This document shows, piece by piece, positions 26,166-34,877 of a DNA stretch of 64,000 nt; positions within the stretch are counted from its first letter, which is position 1; the number at the start of each line of letters is the position of its first letter. A model generated the notes under the pieces. It worked only from the letters and a program-made list of their open reading frames with translations. It did not search any database and was not told the DNA's origin. The stretch is from an uncultured Eubacteriales bacterium. GTDB taxonomy: Bacteria > Actinomycetota > Coriobacteriia > Anaerosomatales > JAAXUF01. The DNA lies in the NCBI GenBank assembly GCA_964541375.1, contig CAZIPT010000001.1, positions 14,507 through 78,506 on the forward strand, in the 5' to 3' direction. The translations under genes were made by a program, and so were the position numbers.

Positions 26166-27236
26166 CTATTTGGCGCCGGGCGCGACCCCCACGTCGATGC
26201 CGACCACGACCCAGTCGCTGCCCACCCCATCGGCTCGCAACCACTGCCGCTGGCCCAGGGTGAAGGTCGACGAACCGACCGGAACCTCGCCGTTCGCACC
26301 CCGCGCCAACTCGGTGACCTCCACGCGATACACGCCCGGCTTTATCTGCTCGGGCGTCGCTAGGCGCACCGTGCGAATGTCCTTCTCGGCGATTCGCGCC
26401 CAAAGCGGCTGAAGGTCTAGCGCACCCTCCGGCGAGACATACGACGACGCGGAGGTGATGTCCGGCCCCGGTGCTCCCATGAGCCCGTTGTAGACCTGCG
26501 TGACGACGCTTTCGAGCTGCTTGTCGATCGGCACTCCGCCCCCGACGGTCTTGCCGGAGTACTCGGCCGAGATGGCTGCGGCAGCAAGCCAAGAGCCTCC
26601 GAAGTCGAGGCCGACGAGCGACGCGCCCGCAATCAGCAAGACCGCTACTAGGGCAACGATCACCGCCAAGCCGACGCGGCGGCGAGGGGCTAGACCCAAC
26701 GCTCTCAGCTCTTCGATACGGACCAATCGCCAGAACCCGGGAGCGCGGACGACCGCGAGCCCGGTGAGTGTCATGCCCGGGCTGAGTGAGCGCCCTCCCC
26801 GCCGCCAAGGGCGCCAGATGAAGAACGGCCACGCCAACGCCGCGGCGCCGAGCACAACGGCAATCACGATGCTCATCGCCCGCGGCTGGCCGAACCAGCC
26901 CGCGACGTACAGTGGAAGCGCCGCCGCGAGAGGAACCGCCAGCCCGATCGCGATATCGACGGGAGCGGCGATACCCAGTCGCCACCACGTTCCCGAGGCC
27001 ATGCCCGCCGCGGGGTCGAGCCCGCGCTCGGCCAAGATGCCACGAGCCAGCTCGGCCGGCTCGCCGAGCCGCGCGGTCTGTGCTTCCGCCGCCCGGGCGT
27101 CGTCTCCGGCAGCTTCAGTTAGGAGGGACCGAATCTCGGCAACGACGTCGTCGGCATCCGCGGCGCCCGCAGACGTGAGTTCCGAGCGCAGCCTTGAGAG
27201 GTAGTTTTCGATAATCCACGATGCAGAGCGCGTCAT
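26166..27236 (-). CDS. PadR-associated membrane sensor-like protein (DUF1700/HAAS-type N-terminus)
   Basis: Start was moved to ATG 27236, which overlaps the PadR stop (ATGA). The N-terminus MTRSASWIIENYLSRLRSELTSAG..DDVVAEIRSLLTE resembles the DUF1700/HAAS pattern. TM helices and a C-terminal extracytoplasmic-looking domain follow. Confidence 0.65.
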   Translation of the reverse strand: MTRSASWIIENYLSRLRSELTSAGAADADDVVAEIRSLLTEAAGDDARAAEAQTARLGEPAELARGILAERGLDPAAGMASGTWWRLGIAAPVDIAIGLAVPLAAALPLYVAGWFGQPRAMSIVIAVVLGAAALAWPFFIWRPWRRGGRSLSPGMTLTGLAVVRAPGFWRLVRIEELRALGLAPRRRVGLAVIVALVAVLLIAGASLVGLDFGGSWLAAAAISAEYSGKTVGGGVPIDKQLESVVTQVYNGLMGAPGPDITSASSYVSPEGALDLQPLWARIAEKDIRTVRLATPEQIKPGVYRVEVTELARGANGEVPVGSSTFTLGQRQWLRADGVGSDWVVVGIDVGVAPGAK

Positions 27237-27574
27237 CCGTCCTCCCCCCTGATGGTATCCATAGCCTCGCCGATGCGGCGCCATTCGGCCTGAGCGCGAG
27301 TCAAGAACGCGGCGCCATCCGCCGTGAGCTCGTAGTACTTGCGGGGATTGCCGGGTGAATCGGTCTCCCACGTGGCCTCAACCAAGCCGTCCGCCTCAAG
27401 ACGCTTTAGGACCGGGTAGACCGTGCTAAGCCCCGCGACGAGGTCGCCCAGCTCATCGAGCGCCTGGACGATCCCGTAGCCGTGCATGCGCCCTCGGCTG
27501 CTGAGCAGTTCGAGCACGAACAGCTCGACGATGCCCTTGCGCGTCTGCGCGAGCCAGGAAGCTAGTGGGTCCAC
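27233..27574 (-). CDS. PadR-family transcriptional regulator
   Basis: The product contains TRKGIVELFVLELLSSRGRMHGYGIVQALDE...STVYPVLKRLEADGLVEATWE, a winged-helix PadR signature. Confidence 0.9.
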   Translation of the reverse strand: MDPLASWLAQTRKGIVELFVLELLSSRGRMHGYGIVQALDELGDLVAGLSTVYPVLKRLEADGLVEATWETDSPGNPRKYYELTADGAAFLTRAQAEWRRIGEAMDTIRGEDG

Positions 27575-27981
27575 ACAGCCTCGTCCCCCTCGGAGGCCGC
27601 AGCTCTCGCCTCACGGCCAAAACGTCGCCAGCCAACCGTGACGCCCGTCGCGATCGCCACACCCAGCGCGACCGATGTCACCCAGGGCGGCTCCGCGCCG
27701 AATGATACGGCAACGCTCCACAGCGTCGTGAACCCGCTCGCGAACAGCAGAGAGCTACCCAGCCATGGCAAGCGCTCGCTCGCGTAAAGGCCCGCAACCA
27801 TGAAGGCGATCGCACACGCTAGGCCGACGAGCACCGAGATCAGCGGAGCGAGAGCGGAGGTTGATCCGTCGGGAGGTACGAGCATCCGCAGCACCACCGA
27901 CGCGACGAACGACGCCATCAGGCCTCCGAGCAGCACGCCGTAGACCCCCTGCAGTTCCGACCTACTCTTCTTCTCGGCCAT
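27562..27981 (-). CDS. small membrane protein, function unknown
   Basis: Start was moved to ATG 27981 (GGAGGAGG upstream). The protein has four hydrophobic segments. Its 3' end overlaps the PadR start by 13 nt. Confidence 0.55.
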   Translation of the reverse strand: MAEKKSRSELQGVYGVLLGGLMASFVASVVLRMLVPPDGSTSALAPLISVLVGLACAIAFMVAGLYASERLPWLGSSLLFASGFTTLWSVAVSFGAEPPWVTSVALGVAIATGVTVGWRRFGREARAAASEGDEAVWTH

Positions 27982-28041
27982 GACCTCCTCCTTCCTGACT
28001 GGCGTACGCGTGCAGCGCATGCGTCTTCCGTGCCCGATCCA

Positions 28042-29406
28042 CTACGCCAGAAGCTCCCGCATCGCAGCCCGCCACACACTGGGAATCCGCTCCTGGAGCG
28101 CGTCCGGACGACCCATGCTCTCGCCGATCATGCGCGTCACGAACGGGCGGGCGACCTCCATGATGTCAATGTCCGGGTAGAGCCGCCGAGCGACCCCCTC
28201 AACCGTCGCGAGCGACTTCACGAGCAGCCCGTAGCCGCCAGGAATCGCAATCCCGTTTCGCCGCAGCAGGCCGAGGAACCCGAACCCGAAGTGCCTGAAG
28301 TCGGTGTTGCCGCCACCCATGGTCTTGTCGAGCAGCACGCCCAGCTCGCGTCGCACCGTCGCAACCTTCTCCGGCGGCACGACCACGCCCAGATTCGCGC
28401 TGTAGCGCAGCGCGCGGTCGGCATCGCGGTAGACGAAGCCCGCGAGCACCTGGGCGATGTCGCCGCGCTCGGCAGCAGTGAGGTGCCCCACGATACCGAA
28501 GTCGAGGTAGGCGATGCGGCTGTCGGGAGTCACGAACAGGTTCGACGGGTGCAGGTCGGCGTGATAGCGACCGTAGAGCATCACTTGGCGCATGAACGCG
28601 GTCGCGCCATGCACGGCCAACCCATGGGCGTCCACGCCGGCGAGTTCGGCCTCGCTGAGTTCCGAGAGCCGCCAGCCGTACATGCGCTCCATCGTGAGCA
28701 CGCGCGGAGCGGCGTGCGTCCAAACGATGCGCGGAACGACGATCTTGGGGTCGGGCCGGAAGTCGAAGGCGAAGCGGTCGGCGATGCGGCCTTCCACCCG
28801 CAGGTCGAGCTCGCGCTCCAGCGAGCGGGCGAACTCATCGAGCATGCCATCAAGATCGATGCCGCGTACCAGCAACCTCGCGAGCGCGCTACCGGCAAGT
28901 CGCCGAGCCTCGACGATGTCACTGCGCAGCGCGTCCGCCGCTCCCGGGCGGATGACCTTCACCACGACTTCGGCGCCCGCAGGCAGTTCCTCGCCCCACA
29001 CCGGTCGATAGGGCGTGGCGAGCACCGCGGCGTGGACCTGCGCCACAGACGCTGTGGCGAGCGCAGTCTCGTCGATTGACGCGTACAGCGACTCGATCGG
29101 CGCCCCGAGGCTCTCCTCGATCAACGGCCGAAGCTGAGAGAAGGGCACGGCCGCGACACGGTCACAGAGGCACTCCATCTCGCCCGCGAGCTCCTCGCCA
29201 AACTCATCGGGGCGTACCGAGATCATCTGCCCGAGCTTGATGAACGCGCCGCCCAGCTTCTCGAACGCGCGTCGCCATTCGTTTGCGAACGCGGCGCGCC
29301 GCGTCCGTGCGGGAGCGAGCCCGAAGCGTGAGCGAGCTAGGCCGCGCGCAGATGCTGCCAGCAGCGCGCGGGTGATCTGCGTTGAGCGCGCGGACACTCG
29401 ACTCAC
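28042..29406 (-). CDS. ABC1/UbiB-family atypical kinase
   Basis: The blocks FIKLGQMISVRPDEFGEELAGEMECLCDRV, ASVAQVHAA, VVKVIRPG and HADLHPSNLFV are present. The GTG start overlaps the upstream stop (GTGA). Confidence 0.85.
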   Translation of the reverse strand: MSRVSARSTQITRALLAASARGLARSRFGLAPARTRRAAFANEWRRAFEKLGGAFIKLGQMISVRPDEFGEELAGEMECLCDRVAAVPFSQLRPLIEESLGAPIESLYASIDETALATASVAQVHAAVLATPYRPVWGEELPAGAEVVVKVIRPGAADALRSDIVEARRLAGSALARLLVRGIDLDGMLDEFARSLERELDLRVEGRIADRFAFDFRPDPKIVVPRIVWTHAAPRVLTMERMYGWRLSELSEAELAGVDAHGLAVHGATAFMRQVMLYGRYHADLHPSNLFVTPDSRIAYLDFGIVGHLTAAERGDIAQVLAGFVYRDADRALRYSANLGVVVPPEKVATVRRELGVLLDKTMGGGNTDFRHFGFGFLGLLRRNGIAIPGGYGLLVKSLATVEGVARRLYPDIDIMEVARPFVTRMIGESMGRPDALQERIPSVWRAAMRELLA

Positions 29407-29747
29407 GCTCCCGTGACGCCGACGTGCGCAGCCATGGCATCGAGCGTCGTCCGCATCTGCTCGAGTGTGCCGCGCAGTTCAGCGACTTCGAAGCGGATTT
29501 CGTCGAGGCGCTCGTCCGCGGCGTTCACGGCCTCATCTGCGTTCCCAGACGCTATCTGCTCCCTGAGCCGCGCCTTCTCCTCGGCGACCATCGCCATGAA
29601 GCCATCGGTGAAGGCGTCAGCTCCGCCGGACATCCCCTCGCCGGCGCCCGCTCGGCCCCGCTCCACGGACTGCACCATCAGGTCGTCTGCCTGGTCGTGC
29701 GTGAACATCCATAGCGCGAAGAACTTCATGGGATCGAAGCCTGCCAT
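29403..29747 (-). CDS. hypothetical coiled-coil protein translationally coupled to the ABC1 kinase
   Basis: Start was set at ATG 29747 (GAGGGGG upstream). The product MAGFDPMKFFALWMF...EEKARLREQIASGNADEAVNAADERLDEIRFEVAELRGTLEQMR is helical-looking. I recognise no family. Confidence 0.45.
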   Translation of the reverse strand: MAGFDPMKFFALWMFTHDQADDLMVQSVERGRAGAGEGMSGGADAFTDGFMAMVAEEKARLREQIASGNADEAVNAADERLDEIRFEVAELRGTLEQMRTTLDAMAAHVGVTGA

Positions 29748-29884
29748 CTCAACCGCCCCCTCGAATCGACCGACCTGGCCTGCGGAAGCGCGAGCCACCG
29801 CTGAGACGACTATTACACAATGCGTAATACCATGCAAGATGCTATACTATCGCAGCTGACCCGTCCAAGAATGGGGGCCGTCGG

Positions 29885-30343
29885 GTGATCAAGCGAATCG
29901 GTCTTGTGGTGGTTGGGCTCTGGCTCGCCGAGCTCGCGATAGGCCTGCTGTTCCAAGCGGTCTACAGCGTGATCGGAGTGCCTACCGGGGCGTGGATGCC
30001 GGTGGCCTTCACCCTTGGTTTCGCCGTTGGCGCGATACCGTTCGTCGTTGCCGCCTGGCTGATCGGACGATGGCAGGGCCTGCAGGGACTCCAACTCACG
30101 CTCACGACCGTTGCCGCCTACCTCCTCGGAGCAGCGGTGGGCGTCCTCGTCGTTGGGCCGGTGGTGACTGTTGTCTTGAGGAGAACCAGCCCGGCCATTC
30201 CGGGAGCCTACCCAGCCATCTCGGACTACGGAATCACAGCTCTCGTGGGCCTCTTCGGGGCAATCGTAGGCATAGGCGTCTACTGGCTGGTCGGGTTCAT
30301 ATCGAAGAGATGGTTTCGTCCGAGAGCGAATGGCGAGATCTGA
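29885..30343 (+). CDS. membrane protein, function unknown
   Basis: The GTG start follows a GGGGG run. A TATACT -10-like hexamer lies at 29843-29848. The protein has four hydrophobic helices. Confidence 0.5.
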   Translation: MIKRIGLVVVGLWLAELAIGLLFQAVYSVIGVPTGAWMPVAFTLGFAVGAIPFVVAAWLIGRWQGLQGLQLTLTTVAAYLLGAAVGVLVVGPVVTVVLRRTSPAIPGAYPAISDYGITALVGLFGAIVGIGVYWLVGFISKRWFRPRANGEI

Positions 30344-30464
30344 GGGGTGAGGCGAAAGTGACCCGCCTCTCTAGCTGGTGGTCAGCTTCGAGCTTGCCGC
30401 CCTCCGGGCCCGGTGGGAGCGGCGGCCGACGCGACCATACGGCGAAAGCGCTATAGCTCTCTCG

Positions 30465-31979
30465 TCAGCGCACGCGGAACGACTTGGTGCCGCTGGTGGA
30501 AGCCTGGTACGTCGTGAGCCCGTCCACGCTACCCGAGTACGTGGCGAAGGCGCGCCAGCTGCCTTTGTATTTGGGCTTGAAGCTGTAGATGTAGGTTGCC
30601 CCGCTGACGGCCACGGTCTTCGATCCGGCCGACCTCCACTTTCTGCCGACCTTGCGTTCCAGCATGATCTTCACCGTGCCGGGTCCACCCGGAGACACAC
30701 GGCCGCTCAAGCGTATCGTGCGCTTGCGCTTGACGCTCGACGGACCGACGACGGACGTGACCGTGGCGTAGGTGACCGGGGCGTTCGTCGCCGGAGCCAC
30801 GAAGGTCGCCGTACTGGTGGCTGTGCCGCCAATAGCTGTGACAGTGATGCTGCCCGTAGTCACCCCGGCCGGAACCTTCGCGGTGATCTGTGTCGTGGAG
30901 TCAACCGAGTACACGTTGGCCGCGACGCCGTTGAACCTCAGCGCCGAGACGCTCGTGAAGCCGGTGCCGGTAATCGTGACCTGCGTACCCACCCCACCCG
31001 ATTTCGGCGTGAAACCGATGACCGTCGGCGCGAAGGCATACACCTTCACGCGGTTGTTGAACGTGTCGGCGATGAACAGGTCGCCCGCCGAGTCGACAAC
31101 GATGCCGCCCGGCTGGAAGAAGTCCTCGACCCCGCCCGCTGCGGTGGTGGTGCCCCAAGAGCCCTTGAAGGCCCCCGTCGCGTCGAACTTCTGGACCCGG
31201 TTGTTCTCTTCCTCGGTCACGTACATGTTGCCGGCGGTGTCCACCGCAACGTCCCACGGCGCCTTGAGTTGCCCGGGCTCCGAGCCATACGACGCGAGAG
31301 CCAGCAGCTCGGTACCGCTCGGCGAAAGCTTGACGATCCGGTTGTTGCCCTTGGCCGCGACGTAGATGTTGCCGTCGGCGTCGACCGTGAGCCCGGTGGC
31401 GTAGTTCAGGCCGTAGAAGGCCTGTACGAAGACACCGTTCCTCGTGAACTTCTGGACGCGGTTGTTCCAAATCTCGGTGACGTACACGTTGCCGGCCGAG
31501 TCGACAGCTACGTCGCTGGGATAGTTGAACAGCCCCTCCACAGCGCTCGAAGTCGGACCGCCCCACGTGCCGAGCAGCTCACCCGAGGAGCTGAACTTCT
31601 TGATGCGGTGGTTCGCGCCGTCGGCCACGTAGACGGTGCTGGTTCCGTCGACCGCGACCCCCATCGGGAAGTTCATCTGAACGCCCGTCCCGGACCCCAA
31701 CGTGCCCCATGTCGCCAGGAGACTGCCGGTGGGGGTGTACTTCTTGATCCGGTGATTGTAGGTGTCCGCAACGTAGATCACGTTGTTGGGATCGACCGCG
31801 ACTCCACTCGGATTCCCCAACTGATCGGCGCCGCTCCCGAACGTCCCCGTGCCGAGCTGAAAGGCGAACGGCGGATCGGTAGCCGCATACGCGGCTGATG
31901 CCACTCCCATGAAGAGCGCGATGGCCACGACGGTCATAGAGCAGATACGACGCAACGTGCCGGACACGACGACACTCAT
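30465..31979 (-). CDS. secreted NHL-repeat beta-propeller protein with IPT/TIG domain
   Basis: Start was moved to ATG 31979 (GAGGGGAAG upstream). The signal is MSVVVSGTLRRICSMTVVAIALFMGVASAAYA. Six NHL repeats are present (YVADTYNHRIKKY, YVADGANHRIKKF, YVTEIWNNRVQKF, YVAAKGNNRIVKL, YVTEEENNRVQKF, FIADTFNNRVKVY). An IPT-like block follows: VIGFTPKSGGVGTQVTITGTGF. Confidence 0.8.
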   Translation of the reverse strand: MSVVVSGTLRRICSMTVVAIALFMGVASAAYAATDPPFAFQLGTGTFGSGADQLGNPSGVAVDPNNVIYVADTYNHRIKKYTPTGSLLATWGTLGSGTGVQMNFPMGVAVDGTSTVYVADGANHRIKKFSSSGELLGTWGGPTSSAVEGLFNYPSDVAVDSAGNVYVTEIWNNRVQKFTRNGVFVQAFYGLNYATGLTVDADGNIYVAAKGNNRIVKLSPSGTELLALASYGSEPGQLKAPWDVAVDTAGNMYVTEEENNRVQKFDATGAFKGSWGTTTAAGGVEDFFQPGGIVVDSAGDLFIADTFNNRVKVYAFAPTVIGFTPKSGGVGTQVTITGTGFTSVSALRFNGVAANVYSVDSTTQITAKVPAGVTTGSITVTAIGGTATSTATFVAPATNAPVTYATVTSVVGPSSVKRKRTIRLSGRVSPGGPGTVKIMLERKVGRKWRSAGSKTVAVSGATYIYSFKPKYKGSWRAFATYSGSVDGLTTYQASTSGTKSFRVR

Positions 31980-32112
31980 GTGACTTCCCCTCGTCCAAGA
32001 ATCATCGGCCAGCGCGGCTCGCCGGATAGCGTGTGGAGGGGAGCGAACCGTGTGCCGAGCAAGGCCACCGCTCGGTACCTGAAGAAGCCTGCTGAGGGCA
32101 CAGCTGACTACG

Positions 32113-32150
32113 CCAAAAGCGAAGGCCCCGAGCGTACGCTCGGGGCCTTC
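32113..32150 (-). terminator. intrinsic terminator of the agmatine deiminase operon
   Basis: A perfect 30-nt palindrome GAAGGCCCCGAGCGUACGCUCGGGGCCUUC lies at 32121-32150. It is followed on the minus strand by GCUUUUGG. Confidence 0.8.
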
Positions 32151-32292
32151 GGCGTGACCGTGAGTCCGAGTCCATCGGCGCACATCGCGGCCGTCCTCCA
32201 GTAGCATGGCGCGACACCCGCGCTCAGGTCCCGTATCGACTGCCCGGCGCCTTCCGACCTTCCTCTTCTCGCTGCGCCCTTCGCTGAAGCGA

Positions 32293-33738
32293 CTACTCAA
32301 CTTCCCGAGCGGCGACCGCCCGTTTCCGGGCGAACCACAGCCCTGTGCCCACACATATCGCACTCCCGCCCATCGTCACAGCCCAGTAGAGCTCCTTGGG
32401 CGTGCCCTTGGGCACGGCGTAGAAGAACAGGAAGAGCGCAGTGGCTACCGTGACCTCACACAACACTGCAGCAATCACGATCCCCCACCGGCCGCCGGGC
32501 ACCCGGTACGGCCTTGGCCGCTCGGCATGCGTACGCCGCAACACCAGTGCGGCAGGGAACATGAGGAGGTACGGCAACAAGAATACGCAGCTCGACAGCG
32601 CGAAGATCGTCCAGAAGACACTCTCTTCCGTGGCGAAGAGCGCGTAGTTGAGCACCGTGACGCTGCCGCCGATGACCGCCATGAGCATCGCCGAGAACCA
32701 CGGCGTCGCCCAGCGTGATTCTTTGCCGAACGCCGGCGGCACAGCATCGTCGCGGCTTGCTGCCGCAATCGCGTGGTTCGCACCCATCGACCACGTCGCC
32801 ATCGTGCCGAAGAGTGCGTAGATGAGCACCACGATTGCGAGGTAGAAGGGCCAGCCAAGTCCCCCGAGAGCGCTCTGGAAGACCAGAGCCAGGGCGTCGG
32901 ATATGCCGGTCACGATACTGATGTCTTTGAGCGGCACGCATGCAAGGATGCCGAAGGTCGCGAACATGTACACGCACAGGATGATCACGCCTGCGAACCC
33001 GACCATCTTCGGCACGTCGCGTTTGGGGTTCTCTATTTCATCTCCGGCGGAACTCATCAGCTCGAAGCCCATCAGGCTGAATATGACAACAGGCAGGTAC
33101 GTGAGGTCCTGTTGGAGCGACGGCACCCATTGCGAGGGAGCGAACGAGTTCGCGACCCCGTGCGTCGCTGCGTAGCTCGCGCCCCCGAGCCCCAAGAACA
33201 GCAGGAGCGCCGTCTTGAGCGCCGCACTGGTATCGGGCACCCACTTGCTGAGCCGCATTGGCGCAATGCCCACAGCAGCCATGGTCGCGAGCAGGAAGAG
33301 CACGATACCGACTTCGACTGGCCTGGGCATGTCGGGCCACCAAACTGACCGGACGATGCCCGCTATCAGCACGAACACACTCGGCGCCCAGAAGGCAACG
33401 TTCACCCAGTACAACCATGAGGTGACCGTCGCCCAGCGCGATCCGAAGGCCTCACGCACCCACACGTAGATGCCGCCTTCGTCGGGCCATGCCGACCCCA
33501 GCTCCGCCGTCACGAGGCCGTACGGCAGGAAGAAGAAGACCCCGGCGACTAGCCAGAGGGTGAGACCCGCCACTCCGAGTGCGGCCGATGAGGCGACCGT
33601 GTCGGCGACGAGTATCGCCGAGACACTGAAGAGCACCATTGACGCGAGCCCAAAGGCTCGCCTCTGAGCGGGTTGAGCGGATGTGGCGGGGCCGCCCCCC
33701 GGGGGAGCGGCCCCGTTCAATTCCAGTGGCTCACTCAT
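32293..33738 (-). CDS. aguD: APC-superfamily amino acid/polyamine antiporter (putative agmatine:putrescine antiporter, copy 2)
   Basis: The protein has about 12 TM helices. The N-terminal block is FGLASMVLFSVSAILVADTVASSAALGV...GGIYVWVREAFG. It is closely paralogous to 34874..36289 and is the last gene of the agu operon. Confidence 0.7.
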   Translation of the reverse strand: MSEPLELNGAAPPGGGPATSAQPAQRRAFGLASMVLFSVSAILVADTVASSAALGVAGLTLWLVAGVFFFLPYGLVTAELGSAWPDEGGIYVWVREAFGSRWATVTSWLYWVNVAFWAPSVFVLIAGIVRSVWWPDMPRPVEVGIVLFLLATMAAVGIAPMRLSKWVPDTSAALKTALLLFLGLGGASYAATHGVANSFAPSQWVPSLQQDLTYLPVVIFSLMGFELMSSAGDEIENPKRDVPKMVGFAGVIILCVYMFATFGILACVPLKDISIVTGISDALALVFQSALGGLGWPFYLAIVVLIYALFGTMATWSMGANHAIAAASRDDAVPPAFGKESRWATPWFSAMLMAVIGGSVTVLNYALFATEESVFWTIFALSSCVFLLPYLLMFPAALVLRRTHAERPRPYRVPGGRWGIVIAAVLCEVTVATALFLFFYAVPKGTPKELYWAVTMGGSAICVGTGLWFARKRAVAAREVE

Positions 33739-33782
33739 ACGCGCGGCTCCTCATGAGCTGTCGGCGATTGCTGGATACAGTT

Positions 33783-34877
33783 CTAGCCGCGCGGCTGCTG
33801 CTGTGTGATGCAGTGGATGTTGCCTCCGCCAAGCACGATCTCGCGCCCTGCGAACCCCACGACCTCCCGGTCCGGGAAGAGTTCGCGGAGCTTAGCGAGG
33901 GCAGGCTCGTCATACGCGTCGCCGAACATCGGCACGAGCAGCCCTCCGTTGCACAAGTAGAAGTTGATGTAGGAAGCGGGTATCTCGTCTCCCTCTTCGC
34001 GAGGAATGGTTCCCTCGACCGCGTCAACGCCGGCAACCTCTTTGGCCGTGTAGGTGAGCGTCGCTGGCATCGGCATAGTGTGGACTTCGAGCGCACGCCC
34101 CTTCGCATCCGTGGAGTTGCGCAGGATCTCGAGGTTCTCGGCGAGCACCTCGTGGCGCCAGTCACTTTCGTCACCCGTGAAGCCCGCGAGCACCACGCCA
34201 GGCCGCACGAAGCAGGCGACGTCGTCCACGTGTCCGTTGGTCTCCTCGGCGTCAATGCCACGCTTCAGCCAAATGACCTTCTCGACGCCGAGGTAGTCGC
34301 GCAAGTGCGCTTCGATCTGCTCGCGCGAGAGATCCGGGTTCCGGCCGGGACTGAGCAAGCACTGTTCGGTGGTGATGACCGTGCCCTCGCCATCGACGTG
34401 GATCGAGCCGCCCTCCATCACGAGCGGGGCGCGGTAGCGGTCGATCCCGGCGATCTCAGCCATCTTGCGCGGCACGAGCTCGTCCTGGTCCCATGGGAAG
34501 TAGAGGCCATCGTAGAGACCGCCCCAGGCGTTGAAGTGCCAGTGGACCATGCGGACGTCGCCCTTGTCGTTCACGACGAAAGACGGGCCGATGTCGCGCA
34601 TCCACGAGTCGTTGTTGGTCATCTCGACCACGCGGATCTGCTCGGGCAGCATCGCGCGAGCGTTCTCCCACTGGTCGGGATTCGCGCCGACAAAGACCTG
34701 CTCGAAGCGTGAAAGGGCACTCGCGGCCTCGACCCACGCCTGCTGGGCAGGCTTGGCGCCGTTGCGCCAGTTGTCATTGCGCTGGGGCCACAGCATCCAC
34801 GTCGCTGAGTGTGGTTCCCATTCACCGGGCATCCGGTATCCGTCCGCCCGCGGTGTGCTGTCTATGGTCGTGCTCAT
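33783..34877 (-). CDS. aguA: agmatine deiminase
   Basis: The blocks YRMPGEWEPH, NDSWMRDIGP, GGSIHVDGEGT, ETNGHVDD and the catalytic-Cys block GGGNIHCITQQQP are present. The ATG overlaps the upstream stop (ATGA). Confidence 0.9.
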   Translation of the reverse strand: MSTTIDSTPRADGYRMPGEWEPHSATWMLWPQRNDNWRNGAKPAQQAWVEAASALSRFEQVFVGANPDQWENARAMLPEQIRVVEMTNNDSWMRDIGPSFVVNDKGDVRMVHWHFNAWGGLYDGLYFPWDQDELVPRKMAEIAGIDRYRAPLVMEGGSIHVDGEGTVITTEQCLLSPGRNPDLSREQIEAHLRDYLGVEKVIWLKRGIDAEETNGHVDDVACFVRPGVVLAGFTGDESDWRHEVLAENLEILRNSTDAKGRALEVHTMPMPATLTYTAKEVAGVDAVEGTIPREEGDEIPASYINFYLCNGGLLVPMFGDAYDEPALAKLRELFPDREVVGFAGREIVLGGGNIHCITQQQPRG

